Shown here: positions 12,540 to 24,776 of the stretch, one piece after another
How the letters are laid out: the number at the start of each line of letters is the position of its first letter
Numbering within the stretch: the first letter of the stretch is position 1
Origin: Octopus sinensis
Taxonomy: Eukaryota
Assembly: GCF_006345805.1 (NCBI RefSeq)
Contig: NC_043013.1
Coordinates: 38,192,001 to 38,256,000 of the forward strand
Direction of reading: 5' to 3'
Length of the DNA: 64,000 nucleotides
The notes under the pieces: model-generated
What the model was told of the DNA's origin: nothing
Seen by the model: only the letters and a program-made list of their open reading frames with translations
The model's database searches: none
Translations under genes and position numbers: made by a program

Positions 12540-15500
12540 TCATAGGACTATGCTCAAGGTGGCTTCGTCATTCATACGTGCCATTCTTGCTACATTCACC
12601 CATCTTTTTTTAAAACATTCGCTAGACAAAACTTGCCTCTCTACTCTCACTTTCCTTTTCAAGTGGTACTTGAAGAAGTTGATGAGAGATTGACCAGAGA
12701 GGAAAGTGTTTGTCTCCAATCCTTTCAGACGCGTCCACCAGATACATTCTTTCGCCATAGCCACAAGGATGATGAAAATAGCTCTTCCTTCCCGTTTGAA
12801 GGAAGGAGGCGTGACAATATTGACGATAGACTCAGCTGATAAACCGACTCGTCCCACACGTGACAGCAGTTGTTCGACATAAGCCCACAGGTCGGAAATT
12901 GTTGGACACTGAACGAGTGCGTGCAGAACGGTTTCGTCGCTCTGACCGCATCTCGGGCAGGTCGGCCCCGTGTTTCTCGAGCCGTGTCTGTAGAGCTTAT
13001 CCGAACGGGTAGCGCTTCTCGGTAGCACTGCCAGGCCAGGGATCTCTGGAAGTTGTCCATGGGCCCTGGCCCGAAAGTTGTCCCGAACAGGCGGGTCAGG
13101 TAACCTCGTCGACGTCCAGGTTCGCCCCGAGCTCGTCGTCGTACCTCCCCTCCACTAAACCCCTATAGAATGCTTTGGTTGTGTTGAAGTCACTTAAGGT
13201 CGACCCAGGACGGCAGAGTTGCTTGAGAGCAACGCGACACTCGCGGTGCCATTCGCCCTTCCTCGGCCTCTTTTTGATCCACGACTGCAGTTCGGTCATG
13301 GAGACGAGCTGCGGGAAAGCGTGCCTCACAAACGGCGACCACACCTGTTCACCGTCGTCTACATAGAGCCAGAGATGTCGCAGTCTCAGCGCGTGTCTGC
13401 GCATCATCAACCACGGCATGCCCAGCCCTCCTTTAACGGGTGTTGACAGCAAATGGATCGCCTGACCATCGGGACGCATCCTTTCCACAAGAAGCGAAAG
13501 AGGATGCGTTGTAGTTTGGTGATGGTAGGGTCGGGACAAGGTACGACGGTCAGGCGGTAGTAGATGACGGACGCGATGTACGTGTTCGCCACCTCCGCTC
13601 GACCTTTTAGGGACAGTTTCCTCTCGGCCCATTGCCGGGCGAGAGTGACCACCCTACTCGTTATCTCGTTCCAGTTCTTCTCCACTTGGAGGTCCGGACC
13701 AAACCAGACCCCGAGCAACTCAACCGGGCCGTCGGTCCAGCGTCCCACGACGGAGGCGCTGGTGGACGGCATGGGCTTGCTTCTCCAGGTGCCTAGTCGC
13801 AAGCCCACTGACTTTTCCCGGTTGATTTTCGCTCCTGTCACCGCTTCGTAGTTTTTCAGTGTCTCGCCGACCAGCTCGATGTGCTCGTGGCTAGACACTA
13901 TGACGGTGACGTCGTCCGCGTATGCAGACACGCTCGTCCCGCATCCCAATTCTCGCGGGATGCCCCTTAGAGTCGCCAGCTTCCGCAGTAGTGGCTCAAG
14001 AGTCAATACGTATAGAAGCGCCGAGAGGGGGCATCCCTGACGGACCGAACGTGCAATGTCGAAGGGTCTCGATAGATGTCCATTTACGCGAATTACCGAA
14101 CGGATGCCTCTGTACAAGGCAGCTATCCAGCCGCGGAAGACGGGACCGAAACCAGCCGCTCTCAGGACTGCCTCCAAGTATCGATGGTCCACCCTATCAA
14201 AGGCTTTCGATTGATCCAAGTTGATCAGGGCCCCACCCATGCCAGGTTCGTTAACTACCCTGTCTATGATGTAGCGCATCAGATGGAGGTTGTCATGGAT
14301 GGTCCGGCCTGGCACGGCGCATGTTTGCGCCTTGTCGACCAGTTTCTCGATGACAAGCGCCAACCTCTTGGCTAGCACCTTGGCCAAAATTTTCAAGTCT
14401 GCATTAAGCAGAGTGATGGGCCTAAAGTTATCTATTACATTTCCCTGTTTAGATCTTTCTTCAGCAGTGTTACGGCTCCTCGGCTCACAAAACCAGGAAT
14501 GCTCCCGTTTTGCTGCCAGTTGCAGTACACCGCCGCCAAGAGATCTCCAAACAAGTCTGGCATACAATTGTAAAGCTCGTAGGGTAGACCACTTCCGCCG
14601 CCGTGATGGCACCTTCGCAGCACCCTGCCTTTCTTGTCGAGAGTCGTGGTAGGCTATGTAGGTAGGCACTGAAGTCCACCCTATGTTCTTGCCCTCCACT
14701 CGTTCCGAACAGTCGGGCAAAATGCTGCTGAAAGGCCTCACACATTTTACTTGGCTCGAGCAATTCGCGCCCCTGTTCATCTACCAGTGACCGAATGGTG
14801 GCTTTGTTGCCCTGTTGCGCCTCTGCCACCCGGGCCTCTCTCGCGGCTCCAACACCTTCGTTCCTTAGAGCACGCATCCTAGCTCTGACAGCACATCCTT
14901 CGTGTTTGGCGTTGAAGTGTTGGTCGAGGGCCAACCTCGCCGCCAAAACGTCGGATGCGATGCCGCTTCTAATTGCCTCTTCTAGCTTCTTAACTAGCTC
15001 ACCTCTACTCTATTTCTATCTATGGCTAGTGCTTGCTGTACCTAATCGCTTCTGCTTTTACTGCTCTCTTGAGGGCAAACCACCATTTGTTGTTGATGAT
15101 GGCTCCCGTCAAAGCCCTCTTTACTAGTGTGCTAATCCGGTCTCTGAAAACTTGTCTCGATGGGAAAGACGCGTTTAGTTTCCAGTATCCGGGACCCTGC
15201 CTAAGTGTCTTACCTAAGTCTAGCGTACATGTCACAAGTTTGTGATCCGTGTAGCTGACTATGTGGAATTGTGGACATCCTATGCTATCTCTATCTACTG
15301 TCCTACACAGTATCCTATCTAGATACGATCTCGACGACCCGATGCGGTTGCTCCATGTCCACGTTGGCGCATTCGGGTGGTCTAGTCGGACCTGTCAGAC
15401 AGTTGAAAGCGTCTGAGCAGGTCTCTGAGGCATTTGCATCCCCGTCTATTCCTATCTCTACCCACGTAGTCTACATGCGTGTCCAAGGTAGCATTCCAAT

Positions 15501-15919
15501 CCCCCACTAAGAGTAAAGGACGAGACGTTCCAAGAAAACTTCTAGACGTTGAAAGAAATCCGCCCGACCTGTTAAGGGCGGTGCGTAAACTGATACGAGT
15601 CGAAAAGCGCACCCATTGCTGCCGTCGACATCCAGGACGACCAGTCTACCCTCCGGGTCTACGAATATTGTCCTTACATTGAGATCCAGACTCTTGTGAA
15701 AAAGTACCGCGGTGCCACTACCGCCCATTCTCGGCAGACAGGGGAAAAATAAATGTTGAACTGTCCGCCAAACATGGTCTTTAGGGCCCGCGGATTGTGG
15801 AGTCTGGTCTCGCTTATGGCTATGATTTCTAACTTATGTGACTTTATGTCATTTAAGAGGTACCCTTGTTTCCAAGGGGACCCCAAGCCACGCGCATTTA
15901 CACAACCAATCTTGATCAT
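12540..15919 (-). pseudogene. ORF2 of copy D: APE endonuclease + reverse transcriptase, frameshifted
   Basis: APE: MIKIGCVNARGL..AISETRL..RLVSVYAP..LLVGDWNA. RT: NFRPITLLNADLKILAKVLA..DQSKAFDRVDH..RQGCPLSALLY..SAYADDVTV. C-terminus: CPRCGQSDETVLHALVQC. Split over several frames. Confidence 0.9.
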
Positions 15920-15950
15920 AGTTCTAATGAATTAGAATACAGAGGGTTAC

Positions 15951-17948
15951 TTACTGCTCGAAAGTTTTTGCTTTCTCCTCCGTTGGTTTGTCCTCGAGAA
16001 GATCCCAGTACAGTTTCTTTGTGAGATATTTTTGGCATTTACCAACCGCACTGGGGAAAATGCCTTTGAGTGTGTGGTGCAGACTTTTGGAGATGTGTAT
16101 TATTTTGATGTGGTCTGGTGGTGTTGTGTATGGGTGATTGTTTGTTTTTATGTCATCTTCTGTTATGTTTGTTTTTGATTGGATGTATTCCATCAAATTT
16201 GTGTTTTGGTGTCTATGGCTGTGAGCATGTTTGCTGTATATGTTTTTTGTGGTGTTGGTGTGGCTGTTGTTTGCGTTGGGTTTTGAAATGTCTTCGGGAG
16301 ATGTATTTCCCCTGCTTTGTTCGTGTTTGCATTTGGTTTGGTTGTGTTTCTGCTCTTTATTTTCCTTCTTTTTGTAGCTATTTGCCATTCCTCACTGGTT
16401 CGTCTTCCGACGAAATTTCTGAGGAATCAGAAGGGGGTAGGGGTATGTTGTGGGCTTCTATGTATGTCTGTGTAAGTGGTTGTGTTGTTGTTTTCGTTGT
16501 TGTTGGTTGTTGAGTGTTTGTGTGTGTGAGTGCGGTATAAGGGATGGGGGATCAGTTTGTGTGTGTTTTCTTGTTTTTCTGTTCCTTTGGGTTTTGCTGT
16601 TGATGGTGGTGTTGGTATTTTTTCAGGTGTCGAGTGGTTTTTGGTTGATGACGGATTAGCTTGGTGTGCTTCTCTTGTCGTCTTCTGTGTTGATGGTGGT
16701 GTGGGTAGTAGAGCTTTTTTCCGGAGTGCTTTGGTTGTGGTAGTGGTTGTTGTTGTTGCTCTTGGTGTGCAGTGGTTGGGCACGTCTTTTTCAAGTGTGT
16801 TTCGCTTCCACACAAATAGCAGCGTGGTCGCCTGCCCTCTACCACTATATAGAGTTTGTAGCCTCCTGGCAGTTCTATAGCGGTGGGTATCTTCTCTCTT
16901 GCTGCTTCATCCAATTGAAGCAGGAATTCGATTGATTTGCCCACATAGTCTTTCTCTCCTAGAACCGCGATTTCCAGGATGTTTGTCTCTGACATTGTCT
17001 CTGACATTTCAAAGCAGATGGCAGAGACCAACCATTGTGTTTCGACATCAAATGGTATGTTTTTTATTTGGACTTTCGTGACCCTTTTGTTTAAATAGAC
17101 TGGTATCATTACCAAGTCGTCCGAATGCAGCTCCAATGTGGAAAAACGTTTTGCTAAACTTTCGTTGAGGAAACGTACTTGGACTGTACCAAATTTGTTT
17201 CCCCAACTGATATATTCCTTGGAGTCCCATACAGGACGAAGGCATTTATCGATTTTTCCTGCGGTGCATTTTCTGTTCTTCTTGTTTTTTTGTTTATTAC
17301 TTTATAAATTATTGTTTTTTTTTTGTGTGTTTTCCACGATGTGTTGTGGAATATGAAGGTGCAATTTGTCTCCTTCTTTGGAGAAGAGTGCCTTTGTGCG
17401 GTTTATCTCTTGTGTGGTGAATGTTACAATTGTTCTTTTTGTTTTGTTACGTCCGCAAAATTCGTTTTGAATTTGGCAGTAGAAGTGTTAATTGTGGCAG
17501 TGTTAATTGAAGTCATGGTAGTGGTGTTGGTGTTGGCGGTATTAGCAGCAGAAGGCTTGGATGTAGCATTTGACGTCGTAGTAGTGGTGTTGGCGGTGTT
17601 GTCTTTGGTAGGCGGCTTTGTGCCAATTTCGTTGTTGTTGTTGTTGGTGGTGATGGTGGTGGTGCTGGCATTCATGTTTTCGTTTGTATTCATTTTTGAA
17701 ATCCCTTTCTCTGTCCCTTTATCATCAACAAGTGGTGTGGGGAGTGAGGGGAAATCTAAGTTAATGTCTTTGGTCGCGGCGATGGTGAATGCGACGTTAG
17801 ATTTGTTGTTGTTGTTGTTGGTGGTGGTGATGGTGGTGACAGCGGTGTTCACGCTGCGATGTTTAGCAGCTAGTGGTAGCAATAGTGTTTTGCTACCGTT
17901 CTGCATGACTGGCGGGCTAGCCACGTGGTTTCTAGTTGCCATTTTCAA
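15951..17948 (-). pseudogene. ORF1 (gag-like) of copy D, frameshifted
   Basis: Segments 17948-17424, 17136-16552 and 16388-15951. The zinc knuckle is CYLCGSETHLKKTC, between T/N/Q-rich low-complexity tracts. Confidence 0.8.
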
Positions 17949-18168
17949 AATGAAAAATGGCTAAAAAACCCACGAAAGTTTTGAAAGTTTTTTTGTAATT
18001 TCGCCCATACAGGGGCGGAATTCTACGTGAATAATTCTCAGGTTTTTTAGTGAATGAACTTGCACAACGATTAAAACAAAATATTTGACAACAAGGAGTT
18101 TTAAACATGTAAAATTGGCCAACTTACGTGGAGCCGATATGACTAGCGTCCGTCCATTGTGAGAGATT

Positions 18169-18200
<32 letters not shown>

Positions 18201-18639
18201 TGTATGTATATTTCTGCATGCACCAGTGTGTGTATATGCGTATTTCTCTATTTGTGTATATGTATAGTCGTTCCTGTAACTGACCGAATAAGGTATGTCT
18301 GGTTAATTGGAAGTTAATTATCGAGGTGTGCTGGTAGGTGAATGATCAAAGCTTTTAAGATAGATACAGACCGATCGATGTTTAATTAGCTGACAAGATT
18401 ACATTGATTGATATGAAGGTAATTTCCGTATATTAATTAAGAGACCAAGAAACACAACAAAGTGAATGGCATCAGGTAATATACATCCCTAAATCAATAA
18501 ATACATACAGTTCCAACTTACAAACTTCAATCCCACACCGAACACTAGCTTCTTCTTATTGTCGTTGTTGATGTTGTTGTTGTTGTTGTCGTCGTCATTG
18601 TTGTTGTTGCTGTTGTTGTTGTTGTTAATATTTCTCTTT

Positions 18640-19418
18640 ATCACAGATTTTGTTGGAACTCCTGGACTCTTGCGTGCGTAGCGGGCTTGCTACCTGCAGC
18701 CTACGGTACCACGCTATACGTTCTTTTCAGCTATCTAATACTTTCCTGATTATTCTGGCCGAGCCAAGGAGGCAAACCTTTTGTAACAGTTCTACTGAAC
18801 ACGCCATTCCAATTTCCTTTATATTCTTCTTGATGCCTTCTGTTACTGTCCCCAAGGACCCAACAATAATTAGCATATTTTCACCGTCTTCATTTTCCAT
18901 AGTCGGGCTATTGCGTACTTAAGAGGGTTATATATATATATATATATATATATCTTTTCGCCTTCCTTCTTGACAATGCAATATCAACTATATAGCGTAT
19001 GTGGTGCACCTTGTCCACCACAACTGAGTCCGGTCTATTATGCTTTAGCACCTAATCTGTTTGGATTGGGAAATTCCAGATTCCGTCGCGCTTTGCGGTT
19101 TGTGCTCATACCATGTCTTGACTCTCTCTAGCCCCACTTTTCGCAGTTTTCAATGAAGCACTTTCGCTACCTAATCGTGTCGCCACAACTAGTAAGAGTT
19201 TTGGGCAATTCTAGGGCATTTGTTCGTGGTATGGGCATGGTTTCATCCACTCTATTGCACAGCGGAAACACTTGCTCATTCCTGATGTTGACAGCCTAGT
19301 TCGTGGCCAAAGCTTGGTCCTGCGCTGCCATCATAGTGCCCTTGGGCTCCTTATTTTTTAGGGCTCATTTCATCAGCCAATCCCACCTGTTTTTTCCAGC
19401 AACTACTGTTGTCGCTAC
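18640..19418 (-). mobile_element. Decayed R4/Dong-type RLE retrotransposon 3' portion, interrupted by (TA)n
   Basis: Minus strand reads MAAQDQALATN..., FPIQTD*VLKHNRPDSVVVDKVHH..IVDIA and VGSLGTVTEGIKKNIKEIGMACSVELLQKVCLLGSARIIRKVL. The 5' side abuts (TTA)n and the 3' side a (TTG)n tract. Confidence 0.75.
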
Positions 19419-19439
19419 ATATTGTTATTATTATTATTA

Positions 19440-19501
<62 letters not shown>

Positions 19502-20048
19502 GAGTGAGAGAGCAGTTCATGCCATCAAAGTGACACTGGGTAAAATATACGAAGCCCAATATATCCATCATGACTACCCGTCTGATAAAGGTACACCAGG
19601 CACATGCATCACAAACATATGTGCGCGACATGGTGATCTCATATCAAGATAAACAGCACATGACCTTGCAGGTGGGGCCCAGTTAGAATTTTCTTCAGGT
19701 TGAGTAGCCCTCCCGCTCAAACGGTCCCTGAATAAGGGTTGTTTAAGGATGTTGAAAGAACCACCCATGTTTCCAGAGGTGAACTATTCAAACCCCAAAG
19801 AATCCCTCTCAACACATGGCTATGATGCTCCCCCACTACTTCTGCTCGTGATCAGAGATGCACATATCGTCAGCCACTAAGGGACATGCTCAACTGGTTA
19901 AGGTCAAACAACTGACAAGCAAATCTGTGGTATTGAGCAGAATATTTGCTGTAGCCCATCTTTTATACCAAGACAAAACAATGTACATGATAACACTTCC
20001 AATCAGTTAAGATCAGAAGCCACGAGAGCTACTGCCTGGTACTGCATC
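19502..20048 (-). mobile_element. 547-bp non-coding interspersed-repeat-like element flanked by (TAA)n on both sides
   Basis: Sharp boundaries against (TTA)n at 19421-19501 and 20049-20076, with no RT/RLE motif. Orientation is inferred from the neighbours, and repeat status is not shown within this window. Confidence 0.5.
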
Positions 20049-20076
<28 letters not shown>

Positions 20077-20079
<3 letters not shown>

Positions 20080-20386
20080 TAGTTTTATTTTTATTTTTAT
20101 AGCGTGCTTTCACTTCACTACCGAGCGCAGCTCTGTGTGCCTTGGGTATGTGCTGTGATTTGTTGTGATGCTCTGATGGTTATTGTATGGAAAGTGTTCT
20201 GCGTAGGATGTGTGCAGTGCCTAGTAGTGCAATTTTCTGTATGTTATATGTGTTTGTAAGTCCTGGTGTTTTTGTTATGTATTTGTCTGAATATTTTTTT
20301 ATCATGCCTAATGCACCTACTATGATAGGAATTGTTTCTGTTTTCAGATTCCACATTCTAGTTACCTCTATTTTCAGGTCTTTGTA

Positions 20387-20390
<4 letters not shown>
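20077..20390 (-). mobile_element. R4/Dong-type 3' fragment
   Basis: KYKDLKIEVTRMWNLKTETIPIIVGALGMIKKYSDKYITKTPGLTNTYNIQKIALLGTAHILRRTLSI plus a 3' UTR, with (TAA)n on both sides. Confidence 0.85.
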
Positions 20391-20431
<41 letters not shown>

Positions 20432-20491
20432 TATTATTATATTATTATTATGGCTGGCTTCGTGCCAATATTTGAAAACATTATTATTAAC

Positions 20492-20725
20492 GCAGCGAGC
20501 TGGCAGAAACGTTAGCACGTCGGGCGAAATGCGTAGCCGTATTTCCTCTGCCGGTACGTTCTGAGTTGAAATTCCGCCGACGTCGACTTCATCTTTCGTC
20601 ATTTCGGGGTCGATAATTTAAGTACCAGTTACGCACTGGGGTCGATATAATCGACTTAATCCGTTTGTCTGTCCTTGTTTGTCCTCTCTGTGTTTAGCTC
20701 CTTGTGGGTAGTAAAGAAATAGGTA
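20492..20725 (+). mobile_element. SINE family B (GGCGAGCTGGCAGAA head) with Tx1-like tail
   Basis: Head, GAGTT(C/G)AAATTCC B-box-like motif, and tail TTGTTTGTCC..GTGGGTAGTAAAGAAATA. Confidence 0.85.
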
Positions 20726-21364
20726 TAGTGTGCTATTGTCGACTTTTGCTAGAACAAAAACAAAAAATATGTAATATACTAATATTAGCGAAGGTCGACC
20801 GAGAGCAAGTGATTCAAAAACTTCAGGATAGGTAAGCTCCAAGAAAATACTTGATTACCAGATGCTAAAAGAAAAGTCCAACAGGAGGACCATTATCGAC
20901 CTTTATCGGCCATTTACCAACGGGAATAAAACATAGAAATCTGGTTGGCGCCGGCAGAAATAGAACTGACCACGTGATTAAAAGAGATATTAATGAAGAC
21001 TGGATGAACGATTAGGTAGGGCGGTGGAGGAAAAATACCAAGGAGTATTTATCTACGTCTCTGATCATACTGAGTTCAAATTCCACCGATGTCTAATTTT
21101 TCATTGATTCACCTGGACAGGTATATAAATTAAAATATTCAAGCCAGTGTATTCGTCTATGTTAGTGGTTTTCAACCATATTTTACAAATGGAATCCTTT
21201 GATTTCTATTTCACTTCGATTGACCCGCATAACCATTTAATGTTTTAAAAAATCCCAATTATACTTTTGTAATAAAATATTATTGAGAATTGTATAAAAA
21301 ATGTTAAACTATTTTGTGTATAACCAATTTAAACCTTAACAACAAAATGTCGCATAATTTTTCG

Positions 21365-21640
21365 CTTCTGTACTTATACTCTGCCATGAATGTCCGCCTT
21401 TCTCTGGTTCCTTTTGTGTTGATCTACGCCACGAGTTCTTAGGCCTACCTTTCTTTCTATATACATCCGGATTCCATTGTAAAGCACTTTTCGCTACATT
21501 TGGTGTGTCTTTTCTAATTGTGCTACCAATCCACTTCCACTTTTTCTGAAATATTTGCTCCCTAATCGACGAAGATACTAAGACGAGAATAAGTAAGGCA
21601 AGGACCGCTTTTCACCTGTTAAAAAAAAGTATGGAGCGCA
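21365..21640. mobile_element. RTE-clade LINE remnant with an inverted segment
   Basis: Minus strand 21365-21570 reads KWKWIGSTIRKDTPNVAK..GRPKNSWRRSTQKE; plus strand 21571-21640 reads EDTKTRISKARTAFHLLKK. Both are typical of RTE ORF C-terminal regions. Confidence 0.6.
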
Positions 21641-21912
21641 GGTGTAATTTCAATAAAGATAAGCACTTGGATCAATTTTATCGACTAGAATCCTCCTCTC
21701 GTAATTGCTTGCCCCGTGCCTCAATTAGATGCAGCTATACCAACTTATGGGTCAAGAATTATCAGAATACGCAAAGTGTCTCAAAAAGAATGTACTTTAA
21801 GAATATAGTTATCTCTACATTCTGAGATCAAATTCCAATGAGTTCAACATTGCCAATCATCTGTTGTGAAGTGCAAAATAACATGAGAGTAATAATAGGG
21901 GAAGGCAATGTA

Positions 21913-22335
21913 GGCGGTGAGCTGGCAGAAACGTTAGCACGTCGGGTGAAATGCTTAGCGATATTTCGTCTCTCTTTACGTTCTGAGTTCAAATTCCGTC
22001 AAGGTCGACTTTACCCTTTTATACTTTCGGGGTCGATAAATTAAGCACCAGTTGCGTACTGGGGTCGATCTAGTCGACTGGTCCCCTCCCGAAAAATTTC
22101 GGGCCTAGATTAGAAAAGATTATTTTGTAAGGCGGCGAGCTGGTAGAAACGTTAGCACGCCGGGCGAAATGCTTAGCGGCACTTCGTCTCTCTTTACGCT
22201 CTGAGTTCAAATTCCGCCGAGGTCGACTTTGTCTGTCATCCTTTCGGGGTCGATAAATAAAGTACCATCGGTAAATAAAGTACCGATTAACTGCTGGGCT
22301 TGATCTCTCTCTAATTCCCTTCCCGTCCCTCTCCC

Positions 22336-22400
<65 letters not shown>

Positions 22401-23780
22401 GGAAATCTGTCTCATTGCACATTAAGAATAGTTATATAAGATGACACATAACGTCCATAGACATGGAGAAAGGTGAAAGAAAGAAGCTTGCAAGATTCTT
22501 TCATAAAAATCTGAAACATTAATAGAAATGTCTAAGGAAGCATCGTGACTCGGTACAAAGCGGAAATAAAGAAGAATGAAAGGAAAGGTAGAATCGATTC
22601 AATCGACTAGGCCCATCCTTCAAAACCTGTGACATTGTCCTTACGCTCCAATTATTCACTGGATCAGCTAATCAGAAAGATTCGGTCGATTACTGCAGAG
22701 TATACTTTCAGACATATGCGCTTCATTTTATGCTATGCATCCAAATTCCGTGGGAAGAGTGCCGCCTTTTTCACTCAAATACCATGGTTTAACTTTGCTT
22801 TGCCTCATTTCTGAGACTGACACCGCAAATGCCAGTATATATAAAATTAACACTGAATAAATTCAAGAACAGTATTTAATTACAGGTTAGACGGCAGGAT
22901 GGCAGAGTCGTTACCGCACCGGGTAAAATGCTTAGCAACTTTTCATCCATCTGTGCATTCGCAGTTCTAATTCCTCACAGGTAGACTTTGCCTTTCATCT
23001 TTTCGAAGTCAATAAAGCTAGTACCAGCTGAGCACTGGGATCGACATAATCGACTTACCCCTCTCCCATAAACTGGCTTTGTACAAAAATTTAAAATCAA
23101 TATTTAACTGCAGCTTAATCAGAGAGCCGGCAGGATCGTTACCGCGCTGGTTAACATACCTAGCGGCATTTCGTCCGTCTTTACTTTCTGAGTTAAAATT
23201 TCGCCGTGGTCGACTTTGCTTTTCATCCTTTCCGGGTCGATAAAACAAGGATCAGTTGAGCAACAGGGTCGATGTAATTGACTTACTCCCTCCTTCAAGA
23301 TTATTGGCCTTGTGCCAAAATTTGAAACCCCTATTAAAACCATACGCCGATCTTTTGAATATTTATTCAAAAATACTACTTTTATTTTGAAAATTCGAAA
23401 GATGGATATGGCAGATAAATATCAGTCTTCAATTTTGTCAATGTTATCTTTTATTTACTTCACTTCTACTGTTACTTTAATCTCAATACTGAGTACATTG
23501 TAAAATGTACAGTTATCACTAATGTAAGAACCATTACAGATATGGATTTCAATCTAGGTGATAAGGTGGCCAGCTGGCAGAAACGTTAGCGCGCCGGGCG
23601 AAATGCTTATCGGTATTTCGTCTGCCGTTACGTTCTGAGTTCAAAAATGCTTTTTATCCTTTCGGATCGGTAAATTAAGAACCAGTTACGCACTGGCGTC
23701 AATGTGATCGACTTAATCACTTTGTCTGTCCTTGTTTGTCCCCTCTATGTTTAGCCCCTTGTGGGCAATAAAGAAATAAG
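21913..23780 (+). mobile_element. Cluster of co-oriented SINE family B copies (about 21913-22125, 22131-22290, 22890-23100, 23122-23330, 23564-23780)
   Basis: Repeated GCTGGCAGAA..GTTAGC..GAAATGCTTAGCGG..GAGTTCAAATTCC..GTCGACTTTGCCTTTCATCCTTTCGGGGTCGATAAA blocks. Confidence 0.8.
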
Positions 23781-24072
23781 ATCTGGATTTCAATCAGATC
23801 GATTATGAAACTACTGCAACGATGTATAGGGCCATGTGTCGATGCTAATAAGCATTATTCATTGTTTGACTTATTTCATTTACCGTAATATGATGGTGCT
23901 ACTATGGATCTTTTATTTTCTTACTCTTTTTCTGGTTTCAACCAGAGGTTGGGGGCCATGCAGGCGTACCGTCTTTCAGTGTTTCGAATAGTTATAAACT
24001 ATTTCATTTATAGGAGTGTGGCCACACTAGGGCACCAATTACAGAAATACGGATATAAAATATGAAGAGTGG

Positions 24073-24110
<38 letters not shown>

Positions 24111-24172
24111 CATACTTACATACATATATACATACATATATACACAAGCACATGCACACACACATATATACA

Positions 24173-24219
<47 letters not shown>

Positions 24220-24454
24220 TATATATATATTGTATAGAGGGCATTTATACACATAAATGCCTCACACTAAGAGTTATCCTTAATTGTTAAATATTTATAT
24301 ATATATATATATATATATATGTGGGGTGTGTGTGGGTGTGTGTGTGTATTTATGCATATAATTACATATACATAAATATATACTCGTATATATAAATATA
24401 TATATATTATATATATATATATATGTATACATGTATGTATGTATATATGTATGT

Positions 24455-24776
24455 GAAGGCGCATGGCTTAGCGGTTAGTGCATTCGGCTCACAATTGTAA
24501 GCTCGTGAGTTCAATACCTGGCGACGTCTTGTATCCTTGAGCAAGACATTTTATTTCACGTTGCTCCAGTCCACCCAGCTGATGAAAATGAGTAGCGTCT
24601 GTATTTCAAAAGGGCCATCCTTGACACAGTTTGTGTCACGCTGAATTTCCTAGTGGACCAAGTTCACAGTAATCGTGTCTGTGGACTGCTCAGCCACTTG
24701 CACGTTAATTTCAAGAGCAAGCTGTTACGTTGATCGGATCACCTGGGAACCCTCATCGTCGTAACCGACAGAGTGC
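24455..24776 (+). mobile_element. tRNA-derived SINE with CORE-like centre (head 2 + tail C)
   Basis: A/B-box-like head, CCTTGAGCAAGACATTTTATTTCACGTTGCTCCAGTCCAC centre, and tail ending GTCGTAACCGACAGAGTGC. Confidence 0.8.

Larger units (their letters stand above)
12135..18165 (-). mobile_element. Tx1-like (L1 clade) LINE copy D, apparently full length (about 6.0 kb)
   Basis: 5' UTR, ORF1 with a CX2CX4HX4C knuckle, ORF2 with APE + RT + C-terminal Cys/His motif, and a 3' UTR ending AATAAGAAAC. Flanked by (GATA)n on both sides. Confidence 0.93.

Noticed and set aside
17323-17964. 213-aa hydrophobic plus-strand ORF (also 16118-16513 and 16530-16880)
   Set aside because: Antisense to the low-complexity T/N-rich ORF1 of the Tx1 element.
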